Assembly (NCBI GenBank): GCA_012295275.1
Contig: CM022670.1
Span: 17,174,001-17,238,000 of the forward strand
Direction: 5' to 3'
Origin: Chrysomallon squamiferum
Taxonomy: Eukaryota > Animalia > Mollusca
DNA length: 64,000 nt
Under the pieces are notes generated by a model. That model saw only the letters and a list, made by a program, of their open reading frames with translations, had not been told where the DNA came from and did no database searches. This document shows positions 27,463-43,221 of this stretch, in pieces. Position 1 is the stretch's first letter; the number at the start of each line of letters is the position of its first letter. Made by a program: the position numbers and the translations under genes.

Positions 27463-30400
27463 TTTTTATTATTATTATTACTATTATTATTATTATTACT
27501 ATTATTATTATAAACTGCGATAAAGCTTTAGTTAATAAGTTATTATATACATTTTATGGTTTAATAAAGTGTCTGAAACAGAATCATTTTTTCTTTTTCA
27601 GAATTTACAGAAAGTTACGTGATGCTTTGAAATTATCTCCCTTTGCTGAAATGTGGTCACTTTACACAGATCTGCGCAGAAGGTTTATTCTCAAAAGTCC
27701 ACATCACAAATAAGTTGTAATTAGATTTTATGGCTTCTGCACAGTGGTCTACAGATTACAGAAAACTCTGAATTTCAATGACCCTCTCTCATGGACGACG
27801 CTAGCCAACCCTTTCGTATATTTGTATCGAAGAACCCTCAGAAGATCAATTTACCGTGCGCTTAATTTGCACTCCTTATTTCATTAGGCCACTGAGGTAG
27901 CTTTAATAGTTTATAAATTCGATTTGTTATGGTAGACAAAGTGCAGCAGGCATCTAGTTATGTCTAAGTTATTTTCGTCAAATCCTCTGAGTCTACAAGC
28001 CAAAATCCTTGACTGGAAAATAAATAGCTTACCACTAGAAATATAGGTAACAAATATATCGTACATGTTATGACATCTATTGATAGTTTGAATTTATAAA
28101 AGTGATTGACATTCATTGATAAACTGTCCTGTAGCAGTGTAAGGTACTCTTTCTAATTGTTTCTTATATCCTTTAAATCAACGTATTCTAAGCTTTCTTG
28201 AGCATGTATTAGTGGGACGAATGTAAAATCATATTATGAGATGAATAAATTCGTTTTATTTGTGAAAATATATTCCAAAAAATTAAATAATGAAAAATAA
28301 AATGAAATAGAACTATTGCTAAGCCATGTATAATATGTCTATCTCTTTTTAATTTGTTAAATTCCAAGAAATCGACAATTATTGCTCTAAACTGACAAGT
28401 CAAGAAATAGTCTGAAATGAGATTGACTAATCTGAGAATTCTTAATTTCTACCAAAAGTATTATTCATTTATTTGTTTGTTTGTTTGTTTCATTACTTAT
28501 TTAGTTGCAATAATAACCTACCTAAAATGAGTATCTTGACTATCTTTTATTACATATCTGCACGATTATTTTATTCATTTTCTATAATCATAAAATTCCG
28601 TTCTATTTTATTTAAAGAAATATAATCTCAGAAACACTCAGAAATAATTTACTTTGTTATTTTTTTCCCCAATATCTTACAGGTTTTTCACACACAAATT
28701 TGGAATCGTATGTAACAGAGGATGCACAGTTTTATTTTCTGACTGTTAATACATGGAAAGATTGTAAGTTATGTATTTTAGTACCGTACTGGAACTGGAG
28801 AAACAGATTAAACACAGTGAGAACGCTCTCCATTTTAACTCCTCAACTTAGAACATTTTCTTTGTCCTTCGTTGCATATTCACCCGGAATATTCATTTCT
28901 GTACGTTTATATATAATACATAATATTCTGTAATAACATATTTCTTTAAATAACTCATAAAATAGATTATTTTTTCTTATACCAGAAAAAAATAAAATTA
29001 AATAAATAAAAAATAAAAATCATGAAAAGAGACGGGTTATGGAAATAACATTTGCTGATTCGATTTTATCAAGATTCACAAAAATAAATTCGTTATTGCG
29101 TTTTTGTATAATACAAATAAAATTTTATTTGCAGGTCCGATTTTATCAATAATCTCACTGAAAAACATATTCGTCATTGCCTTTTTTTATAAAACATAAG
29201 TAAAACTACAGCGTCTTCCTTACCGCGGCTACATTACCAGTTTCCGGGATTGCGTTTTAAAGTAAAAGTGAAAAGAATCTTCTTTCCTGCTGTTAGCAGC
29301 TGCGCACGGCGCGCTCAGGAAGTGGAAATATTCTCTTCACTATCAGGACAATCTTTCTCCGCAGTCTGATAAAAACACAACAACCAGCAGCGGTAATCAG
29401 ACCCAGTGTTATCTGTACGCCGAGGAAATTGTTTAATAAGTCTAGATAACTAGAACCAAATCAAACAAAAAAAAACAATAAAAAAAAAATGTATAGTTAG
29501 ACAGTTCAAATAATTCCGGTCATTTATAAACTTTTAAAAGAATTAGTGAAAAATACGCATGTTTTGTTTTGTTTTTATTTCTTGTTCTCATTATGTAGCT
29601 GGTTCTGTAGATAAGCGATGAGAATAAAAGAAAAGTCATAAAAAGTCGAATTACTGAGATAAATAACTAAGTTAGTGAAGAGAAAACTGGCGATATTTTA
29701 TTATCTCGATGGAGGCTGTGACAAGAATACATGTGGATTTGATTTAGGAAGTGATTCTGCTACTGCCTGAATTTGGACATCTTTATAATGGGGCTGTCAG
29801 AAGTAAAATATTAAATAATTATGACATCTTAATTTAATAAACAGTAATAAGTACATTTTGTAGGGAATAACTGATTTATGCCATAATATCCGACCTGAGC
29901 AGGACAAACCTGGTATCACAAGGCAATAACTGGTTATTTCTTTTTTTCCTGCAATGCTAAATAATACAAAGTTAAATGAAATTAATTGTTGTCGCCTTTA
30001 AAACCAATACATGTATGCAAAATACTTCTTAATAACATCACAATTTATTTATTACTTTTTTAAAATGAAGTTGTAAACTAGCAATTAAACACTAAAGAAG
30101 TAACAGTAACGCAACACACACACACACACACACACACACACGTAAATAACAAATAATTTATCGAGGCAAATACAGTTCTGTCCCAAATATATATATATAT
30201 ATATATATTTAAAATCCACGACCAAATATAGTTCTGGCACCATACCATTACCTACAGCTAGTTATAGAATTATTGGTGAAGTGAGATCTATACTACATTC
30301 CTCAGACAGTTAAGCATCTCTACAATTAATGCGCACATTTCACAACTGGCATTTTGGAATTCTCGACGTTCCGTGAGAGGCGAAATGAATTGATGTTTGC

Positions 30401-30714
30401 GTCTCATAACGGGCAATAACTGTACCGCCCAGTAGATCTTTCCTTAGTAATAGCCCATAACGTTCTTAGCAACCAAAAAATTAAAATTGCAGCATTTTTT
30501 TGCGAGAGCTGACAGAAAGACGTCTGCTGTCAATTTGGTGCCAGTAAGAATCCATCACACTGTTTACTCCGTCTGTTTCAGTTTCTGTGTCTATAAAATA
30601 TTAATATAGTTTGGGGATGTGTAAAGAACCGGAACAGCAAGCTATTTCCTTAGTCCAGTCTCACAGATATTGAGATATCACGTTCACTCGTGTATATATA
30701 GTCAGATAAACAGT

Positions 30715-31415
30715 AGTGTTGCTTTCTACTTATCCGAACAGTTGGTTTACGTCTGTAGTAGTAATTGTTTTCTACTTGTGTCAGTAGTACTACAGTTTGC
30801 AGTAGTAATTGTTTTCTACTTTTGTCAACAGTTAGTTTTCTTCTGTAGTAGTAATTGTTTTCTACTTTTGTCAACAGTTAGTTTTCTTCTATAGTAGTAA
30901 TTGTTTTCTACTTATGACATCAGTTGTATACGTCTGTAGTAGTAATTCTTTTCTACTTGCATCAGTGGTTACTTTTTTCTGTAGTAGTAATTGTTTTCTG
31001 CTTGTGTCAACAGTTAGTTTTTCTGTAGTAGTAATTGTTTTCTACTTGTGTCAACAGTTAGTTTATTTCTGTAGGAGTAATTGTTTTCTACTTGTGTCAA
31101 CAGTTAGTTTATTTCTGTAGGAGTAATTGTTTTCTACTTGTGTCAACAGTTAGTTTATTTCTGTAGGAGTAATTGTTTTCTACTTGTGTCAACAGTTAGT
31201 TTACTTCTGTAATAGTAATTGTTTTCTACTTGTGTCAACAGTTAGTTTACTTCTGTAGTAGTAGCTGTTTTCTAATTATAGCAACAATTATTTTATTTCT
31301 GTAGTAGTTTTCTACTTGTGTTAACAGTTGGTTTTCTTCTATAGTAGTAATTGTTTTCTACTTGTGTCAACAGTTAGTTTATTTCTGTAGTAGTAATTGT
31401 TTTCTACTTGTGTCA
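30715..31415. repeat. 46-bp minisatellite, ~15 copies
   Basis: Unit gtagtagtaattgttttctacttgtgtcaacagttagtttatttct. Central copies are near-identical (31071, 31117, 31163). Confidence 0.95.
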
Positions 31416-32234
31416 AAGTAATATTTAAACATCCATATTAACATTTTATAACTTCGTCTCACAGCAAATTTCTTGGTTTAAATAAAGATAATTTTTGGTT
31501 TTTGTTTTAATTAGTGCCAACAGCAGCAGCAGCAACAGTAGTAGTAGTTGTTGTTGTAGTAGTAGTAATTTTAATCTAGTGACACAACCATTTAAAAAAG
31601 AAGTTAAAAAATATAATTTAAATAAAAGGCTAAAAAGCAACGAAAACAGCAATGCAATTAATACCTTCTCAAATCCACCACACAAAAAAATTATCTTTTA
31701 ATGTTTTATTGAAGACGCGGAATCGATTCCTGACTTCCGGACATTTATTTTAAATTCTCGATACTGCTGGCGCTGGTACCGTGCGTTTAGACTGCAGAAT
31801 GTAAATGGATGTTAAGGGGGAGATAAGATCACTCGAAGCAGACGTCAGCGGCTCTGATTACTCGGTGGTCAACATTTGGTTATTCAGTGAGACGGCCATG
31901 GCCTGAAACAAAGCACAGAATCACGTGTACGGGTTATCCAATCGAAAACGAAAGCACGCAATCTGATACTTGTTTGTGAGAGTGTTATGTTGAAGTCTAA
32001 TTGAAACATTTTTGTAAACTCTCTTCCAATATCTTTAATGAATTGAATTACACGGGTAGCCCGAAGATACGTTACGTGGCAAGGTTGAGAAAGAAGCTTT
32101 TCTAATAACTTGCGATGTCGAGCTGCCTTGCAACAGATTTTTTTATCGGTACATAACAAATGATCATCACACGTTGCTTTTTAGTCTCGATTATAACAGG
32201 TTTTTTACACGCACACACAAAACGCATACCCATA

Positions 32235-32235
<1 letters not shown>

Positions 32236-32293
<58 letters not shown>
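32236..32293. repeat. (TC)n microsatellite
   Basis: Perfect run. Confidence 0.97.
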
Positions 32294-32295
<2 letters not shown>

Positions 32296-33282
32296 CTAAA
32301 AAAACACACACACACATATACAAACATATTTTTAATATGTTCTGCACATATAAAAATGACGTTGAAAATTAATGATACGTACTGCGTATTTGAAAGTACT
32401 GTTACCGTCATGCCATTACTATCACTCTATTTATAATAAGACATTGTTTAATGTCACTACTGTGACAGTATATGTAATGTTACATCATTCACCACACTGC
32501 AGTCAAACACTTCAACATTTCAGAGAAGAATGTTTAGTTCGCGTACATTGGCACGTCTTCTGACACAGTGAAATGTTAGCGAACCAAATAACAGTCCATT
32601 TATTCCAATAATATCCTGCATCACCTTTAGCTGCCATTTCTGATCCTTCCTGAAACTGACTTAGAATGGCATTTGTCACTATGGTGTCCATTACAAATAA
32701 CAATCGGTGTACTTAACCAGGGAAACTGCAGAAGAAACGACAGAGCGATGTTAGATTTTCTTTCCATTAAAATATTACGTTTAATCCATGTATTGGCGCC
32801 AGCTATAAACGTCGTTAACTGGTGGTTAAAGAGTAATATACGAAGTTGTAATCATTACGAATTTTGTAACAGAACCTTAAGAAAAGGTTTTTTGAACCGG
32901 AGTAGAAAACACAAATAGCCTTGATAATATCTATATTCACTATACATTTTTTTTTATTTTTTTTTTTTAATGAGTATTTTCTCAGGTATTAAAAATATTT
33001 TAGACTGCAGTTTCGGTTTTTATTTATCCTGTAAATAAAACAGTAAGTTATAAAATAAAATGGTCTCCAGATAAATACATAGATACAACTTGACCGATAA
33101 TTCAGGTTTACAGAATAAACAACAAGACACACACACACATGCATAGACACGTTTAATATGTTCTGCATGTATAAAAATTACATCGAAAACTAATGAGTAA
33201 ATTAGGCCATATTTTCGTATTTTGATTTTTTCAGAAATGTAAAAGAGCATTGTCAAAACTAAGTGGAAAGGAGTGTGTATGC

Positions 33283-33332
<50 letters not shown>

Positions 33333-33835
33333 ATATGTGTGTTTGTGTGTGTACACGTGTAAATAGGATCTGTGTAGGTGAGTGTGTGGGTGTATTTATT
33401 TGTTTAAATGTGCGTGCCTGAGTGTGAATCAATATGTACGTACTCACAAACAACAACAAAGATTCAACCAAAAGACTACTGAAAGACAATTTGTATACTT
33501 AACTATTTAACGATTTATTTTTGGTGCAAATGAACTAATTGACCCAAGACATGCAAACCATTGTAAGCTGTTGACTGTTTTAGGAAAGACGTAATTAATT
33601 TTTAGAATTTCCATCTTATCTTCGGCGCTCCAACAATTCCAGCTGCAAAGATGCACCCGCAGAACTAATTGATATGCTTGTTTGAAGGACAAGATGTTTG
33701 ACATTAAGACGGCTTCTCTCCAAGAATATCTATTTAGTGCAACTTCTTTAAAACATTTATATTCCTTCATTTATTTTATGATAGAGGCAAATAAGTGAAA
33801 TGAATATAGATTTTATATTGGTGTGAAATCCCAAG

Positions 33836-33839
<4 letters not shown>

Positions 33840-33922
<83 letters not shown>
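33840..33922. repeat. (TC)n microsatellite
   Basis: Perfect run. Confidence 0.97.
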
Positions 33923-33926
<4 letters not shown>

Positions 33927-34402
33927 CTCCTTCCTAGTGTATTTTATTATTCATTAAAACACTGTATATTTGTATCAGGAAGATATTTGTAAACTGAGAT
34001 AGGAAGTTGATGAACTTCACTCTTTCAAGCATTCAACTCCAGTGTGAAGTCGAAAAGATCAATATGAGCAAAAGCAACCTGCACTGCCAAGAAATGTCAC
34101 ATCAAACGTTGATGAAGAATCGATTCACATTACCCAAGACTGTCTATCGGCAAAAATAAATCATATTCTGTTTTCACTTTTATGGTTAATATTACAATTA
34201 AGCATCTTTTATTAAATGTTAAATACATGATACATGAAATGAATTAAACCTCAGGAAACAAACTGCTATTATTTGTGCACGTAACGCAAAATGTTTGTTA
34301 TCATCTGCATGCTTCATTAATGTCAGGTTATTTACGACATTGCACTATCTCGTATCGTCATTGATTCAACAGTGATAGGAGCAACAATCTGTTTCATTAG
34401 AG

Positions 34403-34404
34403 TT

Positions 34405-34435
<31 letters not shown>

Positions 34436-34478
34436 TTTGTTTGTTTGTTTGTTTGTTTGTTTGTTTGTTTGTTTGTTT
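34403..34478. repeat. Compound (TTTA)n(TTTG)n tetranucleotide repeat
   Basis: Direct inspection. Confidence 0.95.
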
Positions 34479-35419
34479 CTTTGTGCTTATCTATGTGTTT
34501 ATTTGTTTGTTAGTTTCTTTCTTTGTTTATATATTGACTGATTGATTTTGGACACTAAGCTTTCTACTGAGACAATCTGCTAAAACTACAATTGATTCTT
34601 CTTTTGGGGAAAAAAAAAATAGAAATCACATTGTAGGCTTTGATATAAAATATATGTCTTTAGCGAAACAACTCTGTCTGTTTTCATTAGAAACTTCATA
34701 CCAGTGGTCAAAAAGCTTTCAAGCAATTTTATAAACTTGCATGGCCAAATTAGTTTGCCTAAAGCCGTTAATCCGAAAAAGAGGAGAGGCAGGGAAAATC
34801 GATTTGAAATTGGGTGGTGGTGAAAGCCATGAAAGAAATCTGACATCACATTACAGAGTTAATTCCTGGAAACAACTTGAAGTTGTTATGTGACCGATTG
34901 CAGCACATAATCCCACTGAGATTTTCAAATGAACAAATCAATTTACGACAAAAAAAAAAAAAAATGCTTCAATGTTTTCGTCTTCCCTTTAGCCGAGAAT
35001 GAACTTACTTATTCAGGAAAATCTTTCTGAATTTGCCAAATTCGAAAATACAAATTTAATTCTAAAGAAATGTAATGTCGCCCAAGTGCGCCCCACCTGC
35101 GGAAGTCTCGGGGCAATAATAAGGACAATCGGAGAAAAAGTAAGACGAAATTCAAACTTACTCTTCCTGTCTCTGAACAGTTTGGTGAAATTAATTCTGT
35201 TTTCTCGTGCCCAAAGAGACCCAGTATGATCATAATGTCATCAGATTTGAATAAAGAGTCTGAACATATATATTTTTAAAATCTTGATAGATTCGCTGTT
35301 TGTAAAAATTTCTTCTTTCATTTTTATTTCATTTTAATTTGTCAAACTTTTTATCTTTTTCTTTTTGTAATACAGTCGACAGCGATGTCATTTTTTTTTT
35401 CAGGGTGCTCTTAAAATGA

Positions 35420-35576
35420 CTTACATTTCTCACAGTAAAACGTATTTCATTTTACATTTCCGACAGCAAAACGTATTTCATTTTACGTTTCCCATAGCAA
35501 AACGTATTTCATTTTACGTTTCCCACAGCAAAACGTATTTCATTTTACGTTTCCCACAGCAAAACGTATTTCATTT
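35420..35576. repeat. 31-bp tandem repeat, ~5 copies
   Basis: Unit cacagcaaaacgtatttcattttacgtttcc. Confidence 0.95.
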
Positions 35577-36376
35577 AGACGTTAACATATGCCTTTCTTT
35601 AGCGCTGTCGCACCGAAATTTTAATTCACAAAAAATATTTGTTCATAATTTATTACCTAATGGAGGAATGCAGACATACACGGAGGACGCCACTGAGGTG
35701 TAGATAATTAACAAGAGCTGGTGGAAGATAATTATCGCAACATGCAATCAATACAGCCACCCCGAGCTCGTGGTGCGAAATGATTTGATTGCGAAGACGA
35801 GTGTCGCTTTGTTAACCAAGTTCTGACACTGTCATCAAAATGTCAGTGGGTTCTGGTGCCTGCAGACGTCGTCAAGAACAACTGTCGAAGGCAATAACAG
35901 AATTCAATTACCAGGAATATCCCAGTAATTCCCAGTAACAGTTTTCTCTGGCTGTTTCGGTCTACTCTAAAGCTGCTATAGCTCCTGACTGCTTTCATTT
36001 AACTCTGCTGAAGATTTAGAAGAAAAAAAAATCTAAATCCAATCACTTTGTAATTTGATTCTGTACTGCAGACACGTGGCTATCTCAGAGATATTCTAAT
36101 ATGAGCTGGAAATCTGATTTAAACTACGTATTGTGATGTCTGAAATATTCACAAATTGTTTTTCTAATTTATGGTTTCAGCGTTCTGAGTGTGGAAGCAA
36201 GGTAAACGGAAGAAGCCATTTCAGTAATTATTAAAACGAAAGTCAGTTAGGTTTAGTAATGTTAGATGAAATAGAAACAAGACTGAACGTTTCAAAACCC
36301 ACAGAAAAAAAAAGATTATCTACATAGGAATTGCTTTTTATTAAATTCTCTTCTATAAAGATTACATGTTTAAACA

Positions 36377-36414
<38 letters not shown>

Positions 36415-39400
36415 GTATTTTATCTCTTTAGGATTTGTTTAATTATTTATTTATTTATTTATTAAATTAAATTCCCTTCTAAAATGATCCATGCTTAAAC
36501 AGTTAACTTAAAAATAAAATAAAAAAAACTATTTAATTATATCTATTCAGGATTTTTTTTTCCTTGTAAAACGATTCCATGTTTAAACAGCTATCCTAAA
36601 AAAACCCATTATATTACTTTATTTATATCCATTTAGGAATTTCTTTTTATCAAATTTTCTTCTAAAAAGATTCCACATTCAAACAGTCGTAATCAAAAAA
36701 TACATCTGAGAGTATATAAGGTCTTGACTGAATTAAAAACAAAAAAATAAAACAAAAAAAAAATAAAATATTTTCTGTTACGACCCGAATAACGATGCGC
36801 ACGTCAGCAAATCGTCGCAATTGTTGTCACTCTGACGTCCACGTGCAGTACGACGTCGTCACCACGCTGTACTCGCACTATCCACATTTATTTTTATTTT
36901 TTTATTATTATTTTTTTTTTATCTTGAACGAGGCAATTGCTTCCCCGTAGTAACATTACGTGACTCATTCACCATTTTTAATTGTCTTTCACGACGATGA
37001 ATACAAAGTTACCTAAAAGACATTAAACTGATCAACAAATTGCATTACAAAAACGTAATTTTCCCTAACTTTTCTCACTAAATTCCAAGCGCACTGGGAC
37101 TCGGAGAAACGTCACCACCAGGGAAATCAAATTCTACAACAGGAATCTAATTTACATTGACATGTTTCTCTTGAACACAACTAATTACACAGTCCGGGGA
37201 GAAGGCCAGATGCTACATATTAAAAAGTGACCTTACAAAAAAAAACCTCCTGTCAACATTTTATTTGGTTTAAAAACGTATGTTTTTTTTTACCATTATC
37301 GTGTATAATGGGTTTCTCACTACATATGTTTGTTTTTTTTTTGGGTTTTTTTGAAGATAGGAATAATGAAATCAAACTGTGATTGGAAGGAAAAGAAAAT
37401 GTTTTGAGAAAAAAAGTGACATAATAAACAGAACACACATAAATACACACATATTATGTATGTACAGGTATATGTGGATCTATATTTGGGTTTATGTATG
37501 CATATGTATATATATGTATACAATGTACGTACGTATGCTTGTATGTATATTCTTATGTACGTTTGTATGTATGTGTTTATGTGACATAATAAACGACATA
37601 CACATACATACATACATACATACGTTTAGGTATATCTTTATTTTGGCTTAAGCAGGTATATGTATATAATAGACGTACGTATGCTTGTAAGTACGTTCGT
37701 ATGCACCTATGCATTTATATATATGTTTATCTATATATATATGCGTGGTTTTATGTGTGCGACTGCATTTAAAACGAAGACACAGCATACACAAAAAAAA
37801 AACCAGACTGACAATTTAAAAGAGAAGAACTTCAGCTGAAACCATTTTGATCCCGTCACCGAGAAGAAGGAACTTTTAGCAGTGTAATTACGCGGCGCTC
37901 CCATCAAGCCACGTTTCTGACTGACAAGCTGACAGACACAGGATCTGAACATATTCAAGCAGTTCTTGAGCCTATGTTGGTTGCGTCTGCTGGCTAATTC
38001 AATCAATTAAATGGTCATCTGCCTCCAAATCTGTGACCGCTGACTCGGCGGACGCGACGTGGCGAAAGCTGTAAAGTGGTCGTCGGAATTGGCAGGTGTT
38101 CTGTCGGAAATAAGTCAGAATTAAGTGAAAATAATTACAGCGGTTTCAAACTAATTACACTGTTCTTGACTATAGCCGGAGTATTTTTTTTATTATTTTT
38201 TTTATTATTATTTTTTTTTTTGGTTTCATATTATTACTATTATTTTTATTTTTTTTTTTTTTTTATAATTGTTGCTGTTGTTGTTATTATTTAAAAAAAA
38301 TATATATTTTTTTTTATTTTATTTTAATTTTCGTTTAATTTAATTTAATTTAATTTTATTTTATTTTATTTATTTCATTTATTTATTTAATTTAATTTAA
38401 TTTAATTTAATTTTATTTTATTTTATTTATTTATTTGTTTTATTATTATTATTTTATTTTATTATTATTATTATTATTATTATTATAATAAATACGATTA
38501 TTAATAAGAACACAACATCACATAATTAATTAAGATACTCGGCGGAAAAAATAAAACATTGTTGAGCTGATTTCGACTAATTATTATAACACTTTTATTA
38601 TCATTATAATTACTTAACTCATGACAAATACAAAAAAAAAAGAGAGTTAATTACTATAATAAAAAAGAAGATAAAGAAAAAATAACAATCAAAAATACAA
38701 AAAAAAATAAATACCCTTTTTTCATAAACACTGAAGCCAGATTGTTAGGCTACACATTAAGACACTGTTATGAAATACACAAATCTATTTTCTGTTAGTA
38801 TTATTAATCGCAGTGAAAAATTAGCAGACTTCAATATACAAAGATTTATATTGTGATACAGTTATTGGGTGTATGGACAGAACATTATTGCAGAACTGTT
38901 AACGAGACAAAGGAAAGATCCTGAAAACGTGCTGAGTCAAACCTTTGAAAACTACGTTAACATAGAACAATGGTAAAAGCTGTATATCGATAACATATAA
39001 ATGTGTATAACTAGACTGTATAATTAACCATACTTCTATAAGATTTAACCTAGGGACACTAAATGTAAAGATTATTTGAAACTGAGTGCCGAAAAAAAAA
39101 AAAAGACGAAAAGATTAAATTATGGGTTAGGTGATGTTAATAAACCATATCTGAAATAACATTAATACAATATGTAACTGATGCTTTAATATTATACTAT
39201 TTTTTAACTGTAGTACACAACTGATACATGAAAAAGTCTTGTTTTTGCCAGTTTTCTAACATTGTCTATTATAATTCTAGTGCAACGAATCACCAAATCT
39301 GAACTTCGCTAAACGACTTCATTAAAGTGAAAACCACTGTAACAGTTCTTTCCTGTTTAAGTACACTTTGCTTGTAGTGAAATTACAGGTTATTAAATGT

Positions 39401-40609
39401 TATGAAACATAGCTGTAACAAATAGAAATGTTAGAGAATTGAGTTAAATATGCATGACACGTAATAAGATTACTTCTGTGAAGCTAAGATTTTGGAATAA
39501 TCAGGCAGGACAGAAATAACATTTTGATGAAGCGTCATCGTAATTGTTATTTGTTCATTTCTCTCTTCCGTGACTCAAATCTACCAACGTTTGTTTGAAT
39601 CAAACTCTCTGTTTAAGCCTTTTTTTATAAACAGAAGAGGATTTAAAAAAAAAAATAATAATAATAATAATAAAATTGTTTAGGCTTAAATGATATAAAT
39701 TATACCAAATAATGCATATCAATTTCTTACGTTGTTACTTTTGTAACATTTGGACATTTTCTGTTTCTGTTGTTGTATTTGCAACAGTTATGCATCATCT
39801 ACAACTGTCGTTTCGTCTTCTTAAATAATATCAGCAAGACCATCACACTGTGATTGTTCCTGATAAACCTAAAACTGATGAAAATAACAAACAGCGATGA
39901 TCTATTTTATTTAATTTTCAGATTTCAGTTGGTAGACTTCAACAGACATGTTATTTCATAATTTTTTGTGTCTTCGTCTGAATTTGCACTTTATTTTTTT
40001 TTGTTTCTCTACTGCCTTTCTTCGGCGCAGGCAAATTAACTGTAAACACATTTAAAACGGCATCTCAGTAATTTGGCAAATTATCCATCTCCAGAACATT
40101 CCTCTTGAAAACCATATCAAAGTGGAAACAAAACAGTCGGGGAACGCCGAGAAAAGCGTGATGAAAAAAGGGTGTATGTGAGGTAATGAGATAAGCGATC
40201 ATTTGTCACTATACCACTGTTACTCATGACAAATTATGCTTGCCTCACATCAACATGTTCTTTGTTCGGCGGAAAGAACATAAAAATGTTTGTCTGAAAA
40301 GAAGAACAGAAAAAAAAAAAAACAGACCAAAAAACTAATGCCATAACAAGATAGGAAATACGGTTAGCTGTTGTAAAATCTGCAAATTCGTCTAAAACAA
40401 ATTACTCTGAAAGTGAATATGCATGTTGCACATAGTTAAAGTGAAGTGTACACAGTTTAAACGAAGTCATCAAATGATGCCTTGAGGACAAAATCAAACA
40501 GTTCCTTAGCATGTATGTAAAAGTGAACACATTAACAGTGATGGAATTTATATTTGCCTTTTATCATCATTATTCAGTTTTATGTTAAAGATATCAAGCC
40601 GTTTTCATG

Positions 40610-41650
40610 AGAATATGTAGAATAAGATAAAAACAATATGTATCGTATTTGCATGTAGAAAAACGATACATGTTAGACGTGCATAAATAAAAACTTTACA
40701 TATTACATTGTGTGAAGAAAAACTAAACGTATTACATTGTATGTAGAAAAACAATACATATTGTTACATTTGTATGTTGAAAAACTATAGGTATTACATT
40801 ATATTTAGAAAAACGATACATGTTAGATGTGTATGAATAAAAACTATACGTGTACATTGAATGAATAAAAACTATTCTTTTTTCATTGTATGAAGAAAAA
40901 CTATACATATTACACAGTATGAAGAAAAACTTTACGTGTTACATTGTATGAAGAAAAACTATACGTATTATTTCATTTGTATGTAGAAAAACAATACATA
41001 TTATTACATTTGTATGTAGAAAAACAACATATATTATTACATTTTATGTAAAAAAACAAACACAATACGCATTACAGTGTATGTGGAAAAACTATACGAA
41101 TTACATTGTATGCGAAAAACATTTGTATGTAAAAAAACAATGTAAGAAAATTAAACGTATTACACTATATGGAAAAACTATAAAACAATAGAAAAACGTA
41201 TTATAATTTGTATGTTTTTATTGTATATGGAAAATACATTACATTGTATGTAGAAAACTATACACATTATAATTTGTATGTAAGTCAATAAAAACACTGT
41301 ATGTGGAAAAACTATACACATTATTATAGTGTATCTAATAAAAAAAACTGTATGTGGAAAAATCAATTATATTGTATGTAGAACATTTTTACGTATTATT
41401 ATACTGTATGTATTACACTGTATGTGGAAAAAAACTATACGTATTACATTGTATGTAGAAACACTAAAGGTATTACATTTTAGGTAGAAAAACTATACGT
41501 ATTACACTACATGTAAAAAACAATACGTATTACATTTGTTATTGTATAAAGAAAATACATATTACATTGTATGTAGAAAAACAATACGTTCTATATTTTT
41601 TTATGCAAAAAAATCCAAACTATTATATCGTAGTACAAAAACAATACGTG
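40610..41650. repeat. Degenerate ~30-bp minisatellite, ~1 kb
   Basis: Unit approximates tattacattgtatgtagaaaaactatacg, repeated with many substitutions. Confidence 0.9.
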
Positions 41651-43184
41651 TTAGAAGCACTTCTCTGTAACAATCTATGACACCTAGTACAGTTACAATT
41701 ATTTCAAAATTTTCAAACAAGCGTAGTGAAATAATTTTGTGGGCGGATTCGCCACTGCTAGAATGGTCACATTACATTGCCACGGTTGGCCATACAAATT
41801 AAATGAAGTGTTAAAAAAGTGATTAAATCTTGCTCTTGTTTACAGAAGTCTGCAAGAAAACCGGAACAAAACTATTTACATAGAAACAAGTAAACAGCGA
41901 TAAAACAAAAGTTCCCTGACACTGATATTATTATTAGAAAAAAAACATGTTCATCTAAAGTTATATTATATCGAGTACGACATGTATTAAATTCACTAAA
42001 CAAAATTATTTGTATTTGTGTTGTTTGGGGTTGTTTTTTTTCTTCTTTTATGGGACTTTTTGGGGGTGGTGGTGGAAGAACAATGATTTTTTTCTTTTTA
42101 AACCTTTTAAAGTATTTTATTTTAAAAATGGGTTTTAAAAGGGGAAAAGAACGTTGATATATGGTAAATGCTGTTTTATGTAAAAATTTCTGTTGAATTC
42201 TTGTTTGTTTTGTTCTTTTTCTTTTCTTTACTTTAAAAAAAATATATATATATATATATATATATATCCATAATTATCGAGGCTCTGTGCAGTAACTAAT
42301 GATTTCATTTTAATTATGACATAAACTCAATGGAGTAGTAAAAGCAATAACGCGGTTTAATAGGAAAAGAGAACCATATGACCGTATCTTCCGTTTTTTT
42401 TGCACTTGATCTTCGTTCAGTTCAATTTAGTCAACCGTATCCATTGCTTTTGGCAGCTTATTCTGAGAAAATTTACAGTAACGCGTACGATTTAGTGTCA
42501 GAAAACAGGAATGTTTACCAGCATTTCCATTGTTTGCATCCTGATAATATATAGCTTGGAAAACCAAAAAAAAAAAAAAAAAAAAAAAAAAACCCGAAAT
42601 AAATCAAACGAAAACGTTCGGAATGAAGACATTATTTTGATTAATGTGTTTGTCACGCTGCATTAAATTTCCCATATAAAAGTTTACAGTAAAATATTAA
42701 AAGATTATAGTTTGCTAAATGGACGTAAGCTACGTCTACTAAATCAAGAAGGTTAATTTAAAGCTGTTTTTGCCATTCACTGAGCCACAGTAATAATTTC
42801 TGTTTTCGCGATCGCGTATCAACGATCAGCAGACCACCAGCCAACGGACCCGACTGCTAACCTAAAGATAATCACAAAGATTTCCACTAAACTTGTTTCA
42901 AAGTTTTGAAAATTATCGGGCCACTTGGCCATAAAACACAATGATTCTGACGTAAAATCAAATATTTTCCGAGCCGTTTTTGTACTGTATCTCGTTAGTG
43001 TTGTCGATATGCAATTAATCATATGTAGTAGCATTATCGTGTTCTTTTTATACATCCCGATATTTCTACAAAGCCGATATACGGCGCGGTTAAACTGACA
43101 TTTTATTTTTATTTATTAATTATAATTATTATGTTTTATATTCCTTTTCAGTAGTAATAAGAGTTTTTTCAGCGATAATGATGC

Positions 43185-43221
<37 letters not shown>

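Noticed and set aside
29860-29960. Possible fragment of a mollusc non-autonomous DNA element
   Set aside because: The resemblance is only a recollection and no termini or TSD are visible. Needs a repeat-library search.
30715-31415. Regular 46-bp array as a possible CRISPR
   Set aside because: Units are head-to-tail with no unique spacers, no cas genes are present, and the context is eukaryotic. It is a minisatellite. The same applies to the arrays at 13180, 35420, 40610 and 59935.
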